From an archaeon (GTDB taxonomy: Archaea > Thermoplasmatota > Thermoplasmata > WALJ01), in assembly GCA_024278375.1 (NCBI GenBank), contig JAJRTH010000075.1, positions 1 through 52,584 of the forward strand: a DNA stretch of 52,584 bases. The letters are read 5' to 3'. Shown here piece by piece: positions 29,320-38,625 of this stretch. The translations under genes and the position numbers were made by a program. The notes beneath the pieces were generated by a model. That model saw only the letters and a list, made by a program, of their open reading frames with translations, was not told where the DNA came from and did not search any database. Every line of letters begins with the position of its first letter. The stretch's first letter is position 1.

Positions 29320-30603
29320 ATGCAGGAGAAAAATAAAAGAGAAGTTTCCTTCGATAAGCGCTCTCTTATCGCCGGTTTCTTCGGAAATGTTCTGGAGTGG
29401 TATGACTTCACGGTCTACGGTTTCTTTGCGGTGATAATCGGAAGCCTGTTCTTTCCCGGCAGTGACAGCACCGTTTCCCTCATCGCCGCCTTCGGGGTCT
29501 TCGCAGCGGGATATCTCATGCGCCCTTTTGGCGGGATAATCTTCGGACACATCGGCGACAGATGCGGGAGAAAAAAGGCGCTGTTCCTCTCAATCTTAAT
29601 GATGGCGATACCGACGACCCTCATCGGTCTGCTGCCCACGCATCAGCAGATAGGCTGGTATGCGGCGCTCATGCTCACGATACTGAGGCTACTTCAGGGT
29701 CTCTCCGTCGGCGGAGAATTCACCGGCTCCATATCATTCCTTGTGGAAAAAGCTCCCGAGGGCAAGAGGGGATACTACGGAAGCTGGACCACCTTCGGCG
29801 TCATGGGAGGAATGCTCCTCGGTTCGACTATAGCCGCAGTGGTGGCAAACATCCTGACACCGGAGCAGCTCTATGAATTCGGATGGAGAATCCCATTCCT
29901 CCTGGGCTCCATGATAGGTATAACAGGCCTCTATCTCAGAAAGGGCATGAAGGAAGGACAGCACTTCGAGAGGGTCAGGGAGAAAGGCATAAGTCACTCC
30001 CCTCTCAGAGAGTTCTGGAAAGAGCACAAAGTTGCTGCGGTAAAACTCATACTCATAAGCTGGGGTTTCGCAGTCTCTGTGTATCTGGTCCTGATATTTC
30101 TGCCGACATATCTCCACAAATTCAGGGGCATCCCTCTGGAAAGCGCTCTTTCCACCCACACAATAGCAATGATCGTGATGATGTTTCTGATACCTCTGAT
30201 GGGCAGACTATCGGATAAAGTGGGCCGTAAGCCAGTTATGATGATAGGCATGGCCGGGTTCGTCATTTTGACGCTCCCTCTTTTCACCCTGCTTTTCGAA
30301 AACACTTTCCTGGCAATCCTATCGGCGATGCTAATATTCGTGGTAATAGAGGGAATGCTCCAGGCCGCTCTTCCGGCCCTGATGTCCGAGATGTTCCCCA
30401 CTAAGATACGATATACGGGTCTTTCGGTCAGCTACAACATATCCCTTGCTCTCTTCGGAGGGACAGCACCCCTCATAGCCACATGGCTGATACATATTTC
30501 CGATAATGTCTGGATGCCGGCACTCTATCTTGTGATTTCCACAATGGTATCTCTCATAGCGCTGGCATTCATAAAGGAAACGGCCAAAGAAGCACTGAGA
30601 TGA
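29320..30603 (+). CDS. MFS transporter, metabolite:H+ symporter (ProP/CitA-like) family
   Basis: GNVLEWYDF, MRPFGG..FGHIGDR.GRK, RLLQGLSVGGE and EMFPTKIRY. Confidence 0.9.
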   Translation: MQEKNKREVSFDKRSLIAGFFGNVLEWYDFTVYGFFAVIIGSLFFPGSDSTVSLIAAFGVFAAGYLMRPFGGIIFGHIGDRCGRKKALFLSILMMAIPTTLIGLLPTHQQIGWYAALMLTILRLLQGLSVGGEFTGSISFLVEKAPEGKRGYYGSWTTFGVMGGMLLGSTIAAVVANILTPEQLYEFGWRIPFLLGSMIGITGLYLRKGMKEGQHFERVREKGISHSPLREFWKEHKVAAVKLILISWGFAVSVYLVLIFLPTYLHKFRGIPLESALSTHTIAMIVMMFLIPLMGRLSDKVGRKPVMMIGMAGFVILTLPLFTLLFENTFLAILSAMLIFVVIEGMLQAALPALMSEMFPTKIRYTGLSVSYNISLALFGGTAPLIATWLIHISDNVWMPALYLVISTMVSLIALAFIKETAKEALR

Positions 30604-30606
30604 GCA

Positions 30607-31773
30607 TCACGGCGGACGACTTATCTCACGTAGCAGATATCCGAGAGTCCATAAGAGTGAGGTTTCCGTGCTTGTAACGAAGCCGACCCTTCCCTCTATC
30701 TGGGAACCGATCTCTTCAACCACCTTCTCTATCTCATCGCCGTCAAGCCCGTGCATTATGACGAATTTACCATCTAACCACGAAGCATCTCCCACATAGG
30801 ACGAGGGAGTTTTGAGTATCTCTGCAAGGGGCACTTCCCTCGCATACTCGGACACAGGATAAAGCGGAAAACCGATATCTCCGATACTTCGAACCTCTTC
30901 AGTGTCGAATCCTATCAGAAGTACGATCTTTCCGGGCACATCTCCGACGGAAAATCCCTCCTTTTCCCTGATCAGGCCGTTTTTTCCGTACTTTCCGGCG
31001 AGTTGCAGATATGCCAGTGTCATAACCGAGGTGCCCCACATCTTGATAACGGAGCTCAGGAAAAGCACAGGCAGGGCCAGTAACAGATATTCCGGCGGAA
31101 TATACTGCGCCAGGGCCAGAGGCATACCTATGAAGCTCAGAACAAGTATGAGAACGAAGACCTCTATGACTCTTCCCCTAGTCAATTCCCAGCTTTCCGA
31201 AAGCCCGTCAATGGCTCCGACCTCGAAGATTACTATAGGATACATGTAGAATACCAGCCTTATGGCCACATATGCCGCAAGGATAACTGAGACGATCATG
31301 AACAGTCCGCAGCAAATCGGGATCAGGACGGATGTGAGGGCTATGAGAAGTGCTGCAAGTATGGCAATAAAATACAGAAATGAAGCGGCGAGAACATAAG
31401 GCAATCTGCGGAGTGCTCTTCCGAGAGCAACTTCCAGGGAGCTCTTTCCTTTCAGAGATTCGTAGGAAAACATAACAACTCCGGAGGATAAAAGGGTTGA
31501 GACCACAACAACCAGAAGGAGTGATATGAGGAATGCGGCGAGATAAGTAAGAAGTAGGCCAGTATCCATGATGGGAGCGCCGGTCTCCGCATTTATAGCG
31601 ATGCTCTTCGCTATGGTCTCCGAATACACGGCGTTGAACACGTAAAAAATACTGGTTATTATAAAGTCCATGCTTGCAAAGAACAGCATGACCGGATTTT
31701 TCCTTAGGATTTCAAAGCCCTTTTTGAGTGAGAAACCTATGTCCATATTCTGCCTCGAATGATGTATAATCAT
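30607..31773 (-). CDS. Multi-pass membrane protein fused to a C-terminal DUF3783-like domain
   Basis: About 6 TM helices with GAIDGLSESWELTRG; C-terminal IVLLIGFD...FVIMHG...TSTETSLLWTL..LL.E. Confidence 0.65.
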   Translation of the reverse strand: MIIHHSRQNMDIGFSLKKGFEILRKNPVMLFFASMDFIITSIFYVFNAVYSETIAKSIAINAETGAPIMDTGLLLTYLAAFLISLLLVVVVSTLLSSGVVMFSYESLKGKSSLEVALGRALRRLPYVLAASFLYFIAILAALLIALTSVLIPICCGLFMIVSVILAAYVAIRLVFYMYPIVIFEVGAIDGLSESWELTRGRVIEVFVLILVLSFIGMPLALAQYIPPEYLLLALPVLFLSSVIKMWGTSVMTLAYLQLAGKYGKNGLIREKEGFSVGDVPGKIVLLIGFDTEEVRSIGDIGFPLYPVSEYAREVPLAEILKTPSSYVGDASWLDGKFVIMHGLDGDEIEKVVEEIGSQIEGRVGFVTSTETSLLWTLGYLLREISRPP

Positions 31774-31781
31774 TGCAATAT

Positions 31782-32480
31782 TTAAAGGTTTCTTTCCTCC
31801 TTCTGAAAATGTATGTTCGCCCCATCACCCCACCCCAATAACGAAAGGCGCAATAATGAGAATCCGAGGGCCGTAAACACGGCTAGAGCAATAAAAAACA
31901 CGGAAGTAAGGATTTGGGAAGAGGACATAGAGCGCCACAGCAGCATATATGTCAGGAGCCATGTTAGCATACCTATGGCAAAAGCAGAAGAGACGAGCAG
32001 ATGAATATAGCCAATCCATTGAAAGCTGTTTTGTGCATAGAAACACAAGTTTTTGAAAGTCTCCCGGTTCTTATGGTACATCCATACGATAAAAAAATAA
32101 CCATCATGACATAGAGGATAGAGAACACCGGATCACATCTGTTTTGTCACAGTCCGCAGGAATCCATTGCCGCCGTTCCTCTCTCCTCTCACATGAATCC
32201 ATTGGAAAACGGAACTAAATGTGGTTGAAGGGGTATGTAGTTCTTGTAAGTGATGTTTTCCCATCCTCCGAATTGCTCGAGGGCACGGCATGGATGGGAT
32301 AGTACGACCAGTAGAAATAACGATAGGGCCAGAACCAGCCAAATACTGGAACTCTGACAATTTCCATGGTATTGGCACTCTTGGGTCTCTCCTAAGCCGC
32401 AGGGCCAGAATTTCCCATGAACTCCGATATGCCCCCTACTTATAGGTTTTTTGAAAATATGTTGGAGAAGCGGAAACAAA
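31782..32480 (-). pseudogene. Degraded membrane transporter gene, possibly TDT/SLAC1 family
   Basis: Hydrophobic fragments spread across several frames (MG.ILAL-like; LALSLFLLVVL; LLWR...VFFIALAVF) with no continuous ORF. Confidence 0.35.
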
Positions 32481-32590
32481 TCATCCAGTATATGCCATCC
32501 CGATGTAGGTTTTTATCATATTCCGTCAGACAGGGACAGATTTTGTGAAAATTCTTATATACACTGCAAGCCACCGTCATCTGTGGTATT

Positions 32591-32932
32591 ATGGAAGATA
32601 TGAAAAAAGCCGTAGAAGAGATACACGACAGCATAATGAACCTCAGTAAAGAATACCCTCAGGAGACCAATGCGTTTATGCAGCTTCTGAAGGCCACCGG
32701 AAAACCAAAAGCGCTCTCCACGAAGGATAAAGAGCTCATAGCGGTTGCTCTTTCCGTGGCTGCAAAATGTCACTGGTGCATAGGGTTCCATGTGAAAAAC
32801 GCACTGGAAGCAGGTGCTACCCGGGAAGAGATAATCGAAGCATGCTTTGTGGCCGTGACAATGGCAGGCGGACCCGCGCTCATGTACATGCAGGTTGCCA
32901 TAAAGGCCATAGAAGAGTTCCAGAAGAGCTAG
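32591..32932 (+). CDS. Carboxymuconolactone decarboxylase/AhpD-family protein
   Basis: KDKELIAVALS...CHWCIGFH...GATREEIIEA...GGP. Confidence 0.88.
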   Translation: MEDMKKAVEEIHDSIMNLSKEYPQETNAFMQLLKATGKPKALSTKDKELIAVALSVAAKCHWCIGFHVKNALEAGATREEIIEACFVAVTMAGGPALMYMQVAIKAIEEFQKS

Positions 32933-33948
32933 AACCATGAATCAAGGGTCATCTGACCCGCCTTCTTTCTGGCATCGATGAGCCTGTTTACCGCCGATGC
33001 AACACGATTCTCAGAAAAATCCCTTTCACCGCATAGGTACTCCTTTATTCCGTCCGCGTCCGGCGGACCCCACTTAATCTCATAATCGTCGGTCACCTCA
33101 GGTTTCAAGAAAATCTCCCTTACCTTTTCGTAATTCGGGATTTCCAGGTTTTTCTCCCTAATGACACCCTCAAGTGTTCCGTGTTTCTGTATGAGTTTCA
33201 GCGCTTTTTTAGGCCCTATTCCCCTTATTCCCTCGTTAAAGTCCGTTCCAACCAGTATTGCCAAATCAACAAGCTGTTTTCTGGTTATACCAAGCCTTTT
33301 CAGGTTCTTTTCCGCATCTATCGTCTCCGGCTCTATGTTAACATATATTCTCTTCCTCGGGAGTTTTCTCCTGCCAGTGATTGTGAGGTTTCTTATCAGA
33401 GTGGGAACTCCGAAAAGTAGAGAATCATAGTCCTGGGATGCCGTGGCATTGACATCTCCCTTTGCGGTCATGTAGCTCGCCTGCGCCTCACCTTCGGAAG
33501 GAGCCTGAAGATAAGGTATTCCCATGAGCCCGAGGAGTTTTTTCGCCTCATCTACCATCTCCCACGTCAGCCTGGATGTGGCCTGCGCCTTCATCCTCGC
33601 TGTTTCCAGGTCGCCTACCTCGAGAGCCTTCTTGTATTCCTCTTTCGCCTTCTCCTTTATGGCCTTTCTCTGTGCTATGGTATTGTTCTTGAGTTCGTCG
33701 GGTTTCCCATCGAAGACATAGACAGGTTTTATCCCGGCTTCCACGAGATTCGCGGTTCTGTACAGTATGCCGGATAGATGCGATGTGACCCTTCCGAGCC
33801 TGTCGACCAGAGGAGTGCCGTCGGGCTGCCTTATTATGGAAAGAAACTGGTAAATCGTATTGTAGGCATCTATGGCCACTATCCATCCGTTGAAATCCCT
33901 TAGCTTTCTCGGTTCAGCCTCGATGATGCCTGAGAGGTTCACGCCCAT
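32929..33948 (-). CDS. fen: Flap endonuclease 1
   Basis: IDAYNTIYQFL, APSEGEAQA, SQDYDSLLFG and GTDFN; C-terminal PIP box QMTLDSWF. Confidence 0.96.
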   Translation of the reverse strand: MGVNLSGIIEAEPRKLRDFNGWIVAIDAYNTIYQFLSIIRQPDGTPLVDRLGRVTSHLSGILYRTANLVEAGIKPVYVFDGKPDELKNNTIAQRKAIKEKAKEEYKKALEVGDLETARMKAQATSRLTWEMVDEAKKLLGLMGIPYLQAPSEGEAQASYMTAKGDVNATASQDYDSLLFGVPTLIRNLTITGRRKLPRKRIYVNIEPETIDAEKNLKRLGITRKQLVDLAILVGTDFNEGIRGIGPKKALKLIQKHGTLEGVIREKNLEIPNYEKVREIFLKPEVTDDYEIKWGPPDADGIKEYLCGERDFSENRVASAVNRLIDARKKAGQMTLDSWF

Positions 33949-34005
33949 GGCCCAGAATCAAAACGAGAATTAATAGTTTTGTCTGAAAAGAGGAGAGTAA
34001 GGGGA

Positions 34006-34992
34006 TTAGTTTTTCCTTCTGTACGCATACATCAGTCCGGCCATTGAGATGGCTGCTATAGCAGCCACTGCCTCAAAACCGGGAAGTCCACCGCTGCTGG
34101 AAACGCTACTTCCAGAACTACCGTACTTATACTCAGTAAGTCCCATGCTCATCTGGGGTTCTCCTTCCGATAGTATCTCCATTTTCACAGGTATGCCGTC
34201 TTCAGTAACGTAGATGTACATATCTCCTTCACTGTCCTCAAAGCTCATTCCAGATATCTTTATCTTCAATGTTTCGAAGGAGCCCGCTTTAACGCTAACC
34301 TGCTCCTCGGATACAGCCTCATATCGGACAGTTGTTTGCTGTGTGGTATTGCTCTCTTGCTTCTGCCACCGATCACCTAGTGCACTGTTCTTCGTCATCG
34401 TAATGGTATGTATCTCAAGGGTGGTCTGTGTCTCCCATGATTTCCCCGCCGTAATGGGCAGGTCATACTCGGAAACGGGTGGAGAATATTTTTGCTCGCT
34501 TGTGCTCACGCTTACTTGATTGATGGTCTGTCCCAGCATTGTCATATTCATGTATATATGCTGCGAAGATTCCGTTTTTACCTCCGCAGAGTCCGAGATT
34601 CTTGACCAGCTTTTCTGGGACATTATCATATGCACATCTGCCGTGAACTCCATTCCTGCGGATTCTCCCGTTATCTCAAACGTCATATCCATGTCCAACA
34701 CACCCAATATGCATTCGTAGGGTTCGCCGTCTACAGTCACAGTTTCCGTTTTTGTGTATCTGAGTTCTGCAAAAGCATCTCCTGCATTTAAAGACACATT
34801 TCCACCGAACTGCGAAGAAAACGTCTCTATCATCTTCTCCGCATCCAGATCGTATTTGAAGTAGTCGCCGACAGAGTAGTTTGGATACTTGTTTATCTCA
34901 ACCGTTGCGCTCACAATGCCCATAAATGGCACTGTCCCCAGAATAAGGACGAATGCCAATACTCCCAGGATGTATTTCCCTTGACTTTTCAT
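34006..34992 (-). CDS. Surface protein with PGF-CTERM archaeosortase signal
   Basis: Signal peptide; Ser-rich linker, then LPGFEAVAAIAAI...YRRKN. Confidence 0.8.
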   Translation of the reverse strand: MKSQGKYILGVLAFVLILGTVPFMGIVSATVEINKYPNYSVGDYFKYDLDAEKMIETFSSQFGGNVSLNAGDAFAELRYTKTETVTVDGEPYECILGVLDMDMTFEITGESAGMEFTADVHMIMSQKSWSRISDSAEVKTESSQHIYMNMTMLGQTINQVSVSTSEQKYSPPVSEYDLPITAGKSWETQTTLEIHTITMTKNSALGDRWQKQESNTTQQTTVRYEAVSEEQVSVKAGSFETLKIKISGMSFEDSEGDMYIYVTEDGIPVKMEILSEGEPQMSMGLTEYKYGSSGSSVSSSGGLPGFEAVAAIAAISMAGLMYAYRRKN

Positions 34993-35046
34993 AATATCAC
35001 GAAAAAGCCAATAATGATTCCGTATTTAAAATTTCTGGTACCATTT

Positions 35047-35943
35047 TCATACTTCTCTCATCTTTCTCTCAAGAACCTGCATTTTCTTGAAACTGTTCAA
35101 CCTGAGATAGAACTTCGCCGCATCAAGGAGAGCATCCTCCGGAACAAGACCTACGATTTCTCCTTCGACGACGTTCACCCCAAACCTCGAAGCCTCTGAT
35201 TTTATCATCTCAAAGACCCTATGTACGGGAGTTTTCTTGTAATTCGTGAGGTTCATGGAAACCTGAACAAGCCCTCTTTCCTTTATCTCGAATCCCATTG
35301 CTTTAACGAACCTCAGACCTCCGCTGGAGTGCCTCACGGCCTTGGCAATGGCCTTCGCAATCTTTATATTTTCTGTTCCGAGATAGACATTGAATGCGAC
35401 CAGAGGCATCCTGGCACCTACTGCGGTGGCACCGGCTTTACCCATCTTTTCGGGACCGAAATCAGGTTTCTTGGCCGGATTCTTCCCGATTTCCTCTTTA
35501 AGTCCTTCGTATTCTCCCCTGCGCACCTCCGCGAGATTAGTCCGGTCAGGCCTTGTGGCGGCCTCTTCATAGAGATATACAGGGATATCGAGTTCGTTCC
35601 CTATGCGCTCTCCGACTTCTCTTGCAATCTCGACGCACTCCTCCATCTTCACATCAGAAATCGGGATGAAGGGAATGACATCGGTGGCACCCATTCTGGG
35701 ATGCTCCCCCTTGTGTTGGTCCATATCGATAAGTTCAGCCGCCTTTTCCGCGGCTCTGAAAGCAGCCTCCTTCACGGCCTCCGGCTCGCCTATGAAAGTA
35801 ACGACCGAGCGGTTGTGGTCCGCGTCCATCTCCATGTCCAGCAGTTTCACTCCTTCCACGGACTTTATTTCGTCCAGTATCGCATCTATGACCTCTTTTC
35901 TCCTTCCTTCGCTGAAGTTCGGCACACATTCTACGAGTTTCAT
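35047..35943 (-). CDS. ftcD: Glutamate formiminotransferase (stand-alone)
   Basis: VECVPNFSEGR, DHNRSV, HPRMGATDVIPF and VQVSMN. Confidence 0.93.
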   Translation of the reverse strand: MKLVECVPNFSEGRRKEVIDAILDEIKSVEGVKLLDMEMDADHNRSVVTFIGEPEAVKEAAFRAAEKAAELIDMDQHKGEHPRMGATDVIPFIPISDVKMEECVEIAREVGERIGNELDIPVYLYEEAATRPDRTNLAEVRRGEYEGLKEEIGKNPAKKPDFGPEKMGKAGATAVGARMPLVAFNVYLGTENIKIAKAIAKAVRHSSGGLRFVKAMGFEIKERGLVQVSMNLTNYKKTPVHRVFEMIKSEASRFGVNVVEGEIVGLVPEDALLDAAKFYLRLNSFKKMQVLERKMREV

Positions 35944-35952
35944 TTCATCACC

Positions 35953-36225
35953 TCAATCTATCGGTTCTCCTCTTTCCGCCTTTCTCAATATGGAAATCAG
36001 TTTGATCCTTTCCTTTCTAGCAAAATCCTTACCTTTGATGTCTGTCGATATGCTGACAAGTTTCTCTATGAAGTTTTCCAGGTCTTTGACCGTTGGTCTG
36101 TGAAAGTCCATGCCAACGGCTTCCACCTGCTTTCTGACCATGGGCATGGCGTAATCGAAGCCGCCGTGGTCCTCGCAGAAAGTGGCTATTATTGCATCCA
36201 GGGCATCAACAAGCGGATTTACCAT
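35953..36225 (-). CDS. Small helical hypothetical protein next to the GTPase
   Basis: 90-aa ORF tightly packed in the operon; GGGGTG-like SD. Confidence 0.65.
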   Translation of the reverse strand: MVNPLVDALDAIIATFCEDHGGFDYAMPMVRKQVEAVGMDFHRPTVKDLENFIEKLVSISTDIKGKDFARKERIKLISILRKAERGEPID

Positions 36226-36229
36226 CTTT

Positions 36230-36748
36230 TCACCCCATTCTATCTATTATTTTCCTCGCAAGGTTAAGGAAGGCCTCTTCCACATACTCGCCTGTCTTTG
36301 CGCTCGTCATATAGTATTCAGTTCCGTATTTCTCGGCATAAGACCTTATATCGGCATCGGAAATCTGTTTCTCAGGGAGGTCGTTCTTGTTCCCGAGGAA
36401 TATTATGGGGACCTCTCCCGCAACACCGAAAAGATTTTCCGGCCAGAAATCGAATCCCTCCAGAGTCTCCTTTCTGGAAAGATCGCATACCACGAGTGCC
36501 CCCTGAGTGCCTTTGAAAGCCGTCATCTGTATCCTTTTGAACTCATGTTCTCCCATCAGATCCCATATAAGCATGGTGACCGCTTTATCCTCAATATTGA
36601 CGACCTTCTTCGAGACCTTGGTTCCCAGAGTGCCTATGTATTTATCGGAATAAACGTCATAGACATACTTCCTTATCAGGCTGGTCTTACCCACGGCGGG
36701 GTTTCCAAGCAGACATATCTTCACCTTCACTTCCTTCATCTTCGTCAC
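36230..36748 (-). CDS. Rab/Ras-like small GTPase
   Basis: G1 GNPAVGKT, G2 YIGTLG, G3 WDLMG, G4 NKND, G5 SAK. Confidence 0.9.
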   Translation of the reverse strand: MTKMKEVKVKICLLGNPAVGKTSLIRKYVYDVYSDKYIGTLGTKVSKKVVNIEDKAVTMLIWDLMGEHEFKRIQMTAFKGTQGALVVCDLSRKETLEGFDFWPENLFGVAGEVPIIFLGNKNDLPEKQISDADIRSYAEKYGTEYYMTSAKTGEYVEEAFLNLARKIIDRMG

Positions 36749-37327
36749 CTACTCCTGGAGGAGCGCTCTTCTGGGACACGCCTTCACCTTGCAGAACGCA
36801 CACGCTAGCTTGTTCCTGTCCTGCTCAGATGTGTGGAGGGTTATATCTTTTACTGTTGGCAGCTCCTTTATCTCTTTCAGGATGTTGAGAGGCACGGGTT
36901 TAGTCAGCACGATGTATATCTTTCCCTCAGAGAGGAGAGGTTCTTCGCCGATGACCTGCCTGACATGACACTCCTTTTTGCTCAGTACATCGAGGACCTC
37001 TCGGAGGGCACAGGACAGTTTATTCATCTCCATGTCGAATTCGAGGACATCCCATCCCACTATCGGTCCGACCCTCCTGAGGTTCGCCATAGGTTCTATC
37101 CTCTCGAATATTGATTTCAGTGCGTAGTTCTTCTCTATGAAGTCTATTGTGTAGTAGACTATTTTCCGGTTCACACCGGCGGCTCTTGCTATGCTGCTGA
37201 CAGGAATTTCCACATCTCCAGCGAATATCTTACCGTTCCTTATTGAAAAGCCGCTCTTGAAGATTATCTCGGCAACCTTCTTTCTTGCCGGATAGTCCTG
37301 GAAATAGGCGTCTATAATAAGGGTCAT
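36749..37327 (-). CDS. HTH+ACT predicted amino-acid-metabolism regulator (COG2150-like) with Cys-rich tail
   Basis: YPARKKVA..I...GFSI...IARAAGVNRKIVY; ACT-like C-domain; tail CAFCKVKACP. Confidence 0.8.
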   Translation of the reverse strand: MTLIIDAYFQDYPARKKVAEIIFKSGFSIRNGKIFAGDVEIPVSSIARAAGVNRKIVYYTIDFIEKNYALKSIFERIEPMANLRRVGPIVGWDVLEFDMEMNKLSCALREVLDVLSKKECHVRQVIGEEPLLSEGKIYIVLTKPVPLNILKEIKELPTVKDITLHTSEQDRNKLACAFCKVKACPRRALLQE

Positions 37328-37342
37328 AAGGGTAAATAAGCT

Positions 37343-37879
37343 TTAGTATATATAGATGTCCCTCATAACCCGATAATGAGGATTAAATGCCCTCCTTTTT
37401 TCTAATTTATAATCTTCCAACCTCTTCCACGTCCATAGAGCATAGATAAAGAACAGGACGCTAATTATCAAACAAATTCTAGAGTATCCGATAAGATACA
37501 GCAATCCAGCAAATCCATCATGATACAATTCCGCCAAGATATAATTCTTTAAAAGCGTGATTGGAGAAGACAAATCTAAGTCTATGATAAGGGCTATTAA
37601 TCCTAAAATTGCTGCTATCGCTATGTTCTTCGTCAATTTTTGAGGTCGAACTCCAAATTCCACATCACTGTCATCTAAAATCTCGTAATCAGGTTCTTGT
37701 TCGAAATCCACAACATATGCTTTCTTTTTTCTCAACTTCCCCTTTCCCGTCCTCCTTTCTTCTTCATTATACAAATTTTCTAAAATTTTAATTTTTTCCT
37801 GTTTTTGTATGGATTCCTCCAGTTCTCTACTGAGTTTTTTCTTTTTTATTGCGGGTCCTTCCAATTCTTTTTTATCCAT
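37343..37879 (-). CDS. Hypothetical membrane protein (AT-rich)
   Basis: 178-aa ORF with charged N-terminus and two hydrophobic segments. Confidence 0.55.
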   Translation of the reverse strand: MDKKELEGPAIKKKKLSRELEESIQKQEKIKILENLYNEEERRTGKGKLRKKKAYVVDFEQEPDYEILDDSDVEFGVRPQKLTKNIAIAAILGLIALIIDLDLSSPITLLKNYILAELYHDGFAGLLYLIGYSRICLIISVLFFIYALWTWKRLEDYKLEKRRAFNPHYRVMRDIYIY

Positions 37880-37985
37880 TGTTCGTTTAGTATACTTTTA
37901 TATCTTTAAGTTTTTCGTACAATTGTACTGTGCGATTGATTCCATACAAAAAATTGCGAGCGTACAGGACATAGAAAACCAAAAG

Positions 37986-38059
37986 CGGGCTTGGAGGGAT
38001 TCGAACCCTCGGCCGAGCGGTTAAGAGCCGCTCGCTCTACCTAGCTGAGCTACAAGCCC
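37986..38059 (-). tRNA. tRNA-Lys(CTT)
   Basis: GGGCTTG...AGCGG-CTCTTAA-CCGCT...GGTTCGAATCC...CAAGCCCG. Confidence 0.95.
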
Positions 38060-38147
38060 ACGAGTCTGCGTAAATCGATTGTGCATATATTCTTTACGAT
38101 TTGCGGCTTGAGGTCAAAACTTTTTAAGTATAAAGATATGGCGGTTC

Positions 38148-38567
38148 ATGCCCGCATACACTGAGAACATCACGCTGGAGACGGAAGGAGAGATTCACAT
38201 AATTGACATCACGGGACAGGTCCAGAAGGTCGTGGAGCGCTCCTCCATAAGTGACGGTATGGTCCTGGTCTTTGTTCCCGGCTCGACCGGAGCGATAACG
38301 ACCATCGAGTACGAGCCCGGCCTGCTGGGAGACCTCCCGAAAGCCCTCGAAAGGCTTTTTCCGAGAGGCATCAGATACGAGCACCACGAAAGATGGCACG
38401 ACGGCAACGGGCATTCTCATGTGAGGGCCTCATTCCTGAAGCCGGGTATGTGCGTACCGATAACGGATGGGCATCTCGAGCTCGGCACATGGCAGCAGAT
38501 AGTCTTCGTGGAACTTGATGTCAGACCCAGAAACAGGAAAATAGTCGTGAAGGTGGTGGGAGAATGA
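38148..38567 (+). CDS. YjbQ/UPF0047 family protein
   Basis: HDGNGHSHVRAS and LGTWQQIVFVELD. Confidence 0.9.
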   Translation: MPAYTENITLETEGEIHIIDITGQVQKVVERSSISDGMVLVFVPGSTGAITTIEYEPGLLGDLPKALERLFPRGIRYEHHERWHDGNGHSHVRASFLKPGMCVPITDGHLELGTWQQIVFVELDVRPRNRKIVVKVVGE

Positions 38568-38625
38568 ACGATAGTTCATTCGACACCTCGTTTGGAAAAA
38601 TCCATGGAGTGGAGGAGGTGGGAAA

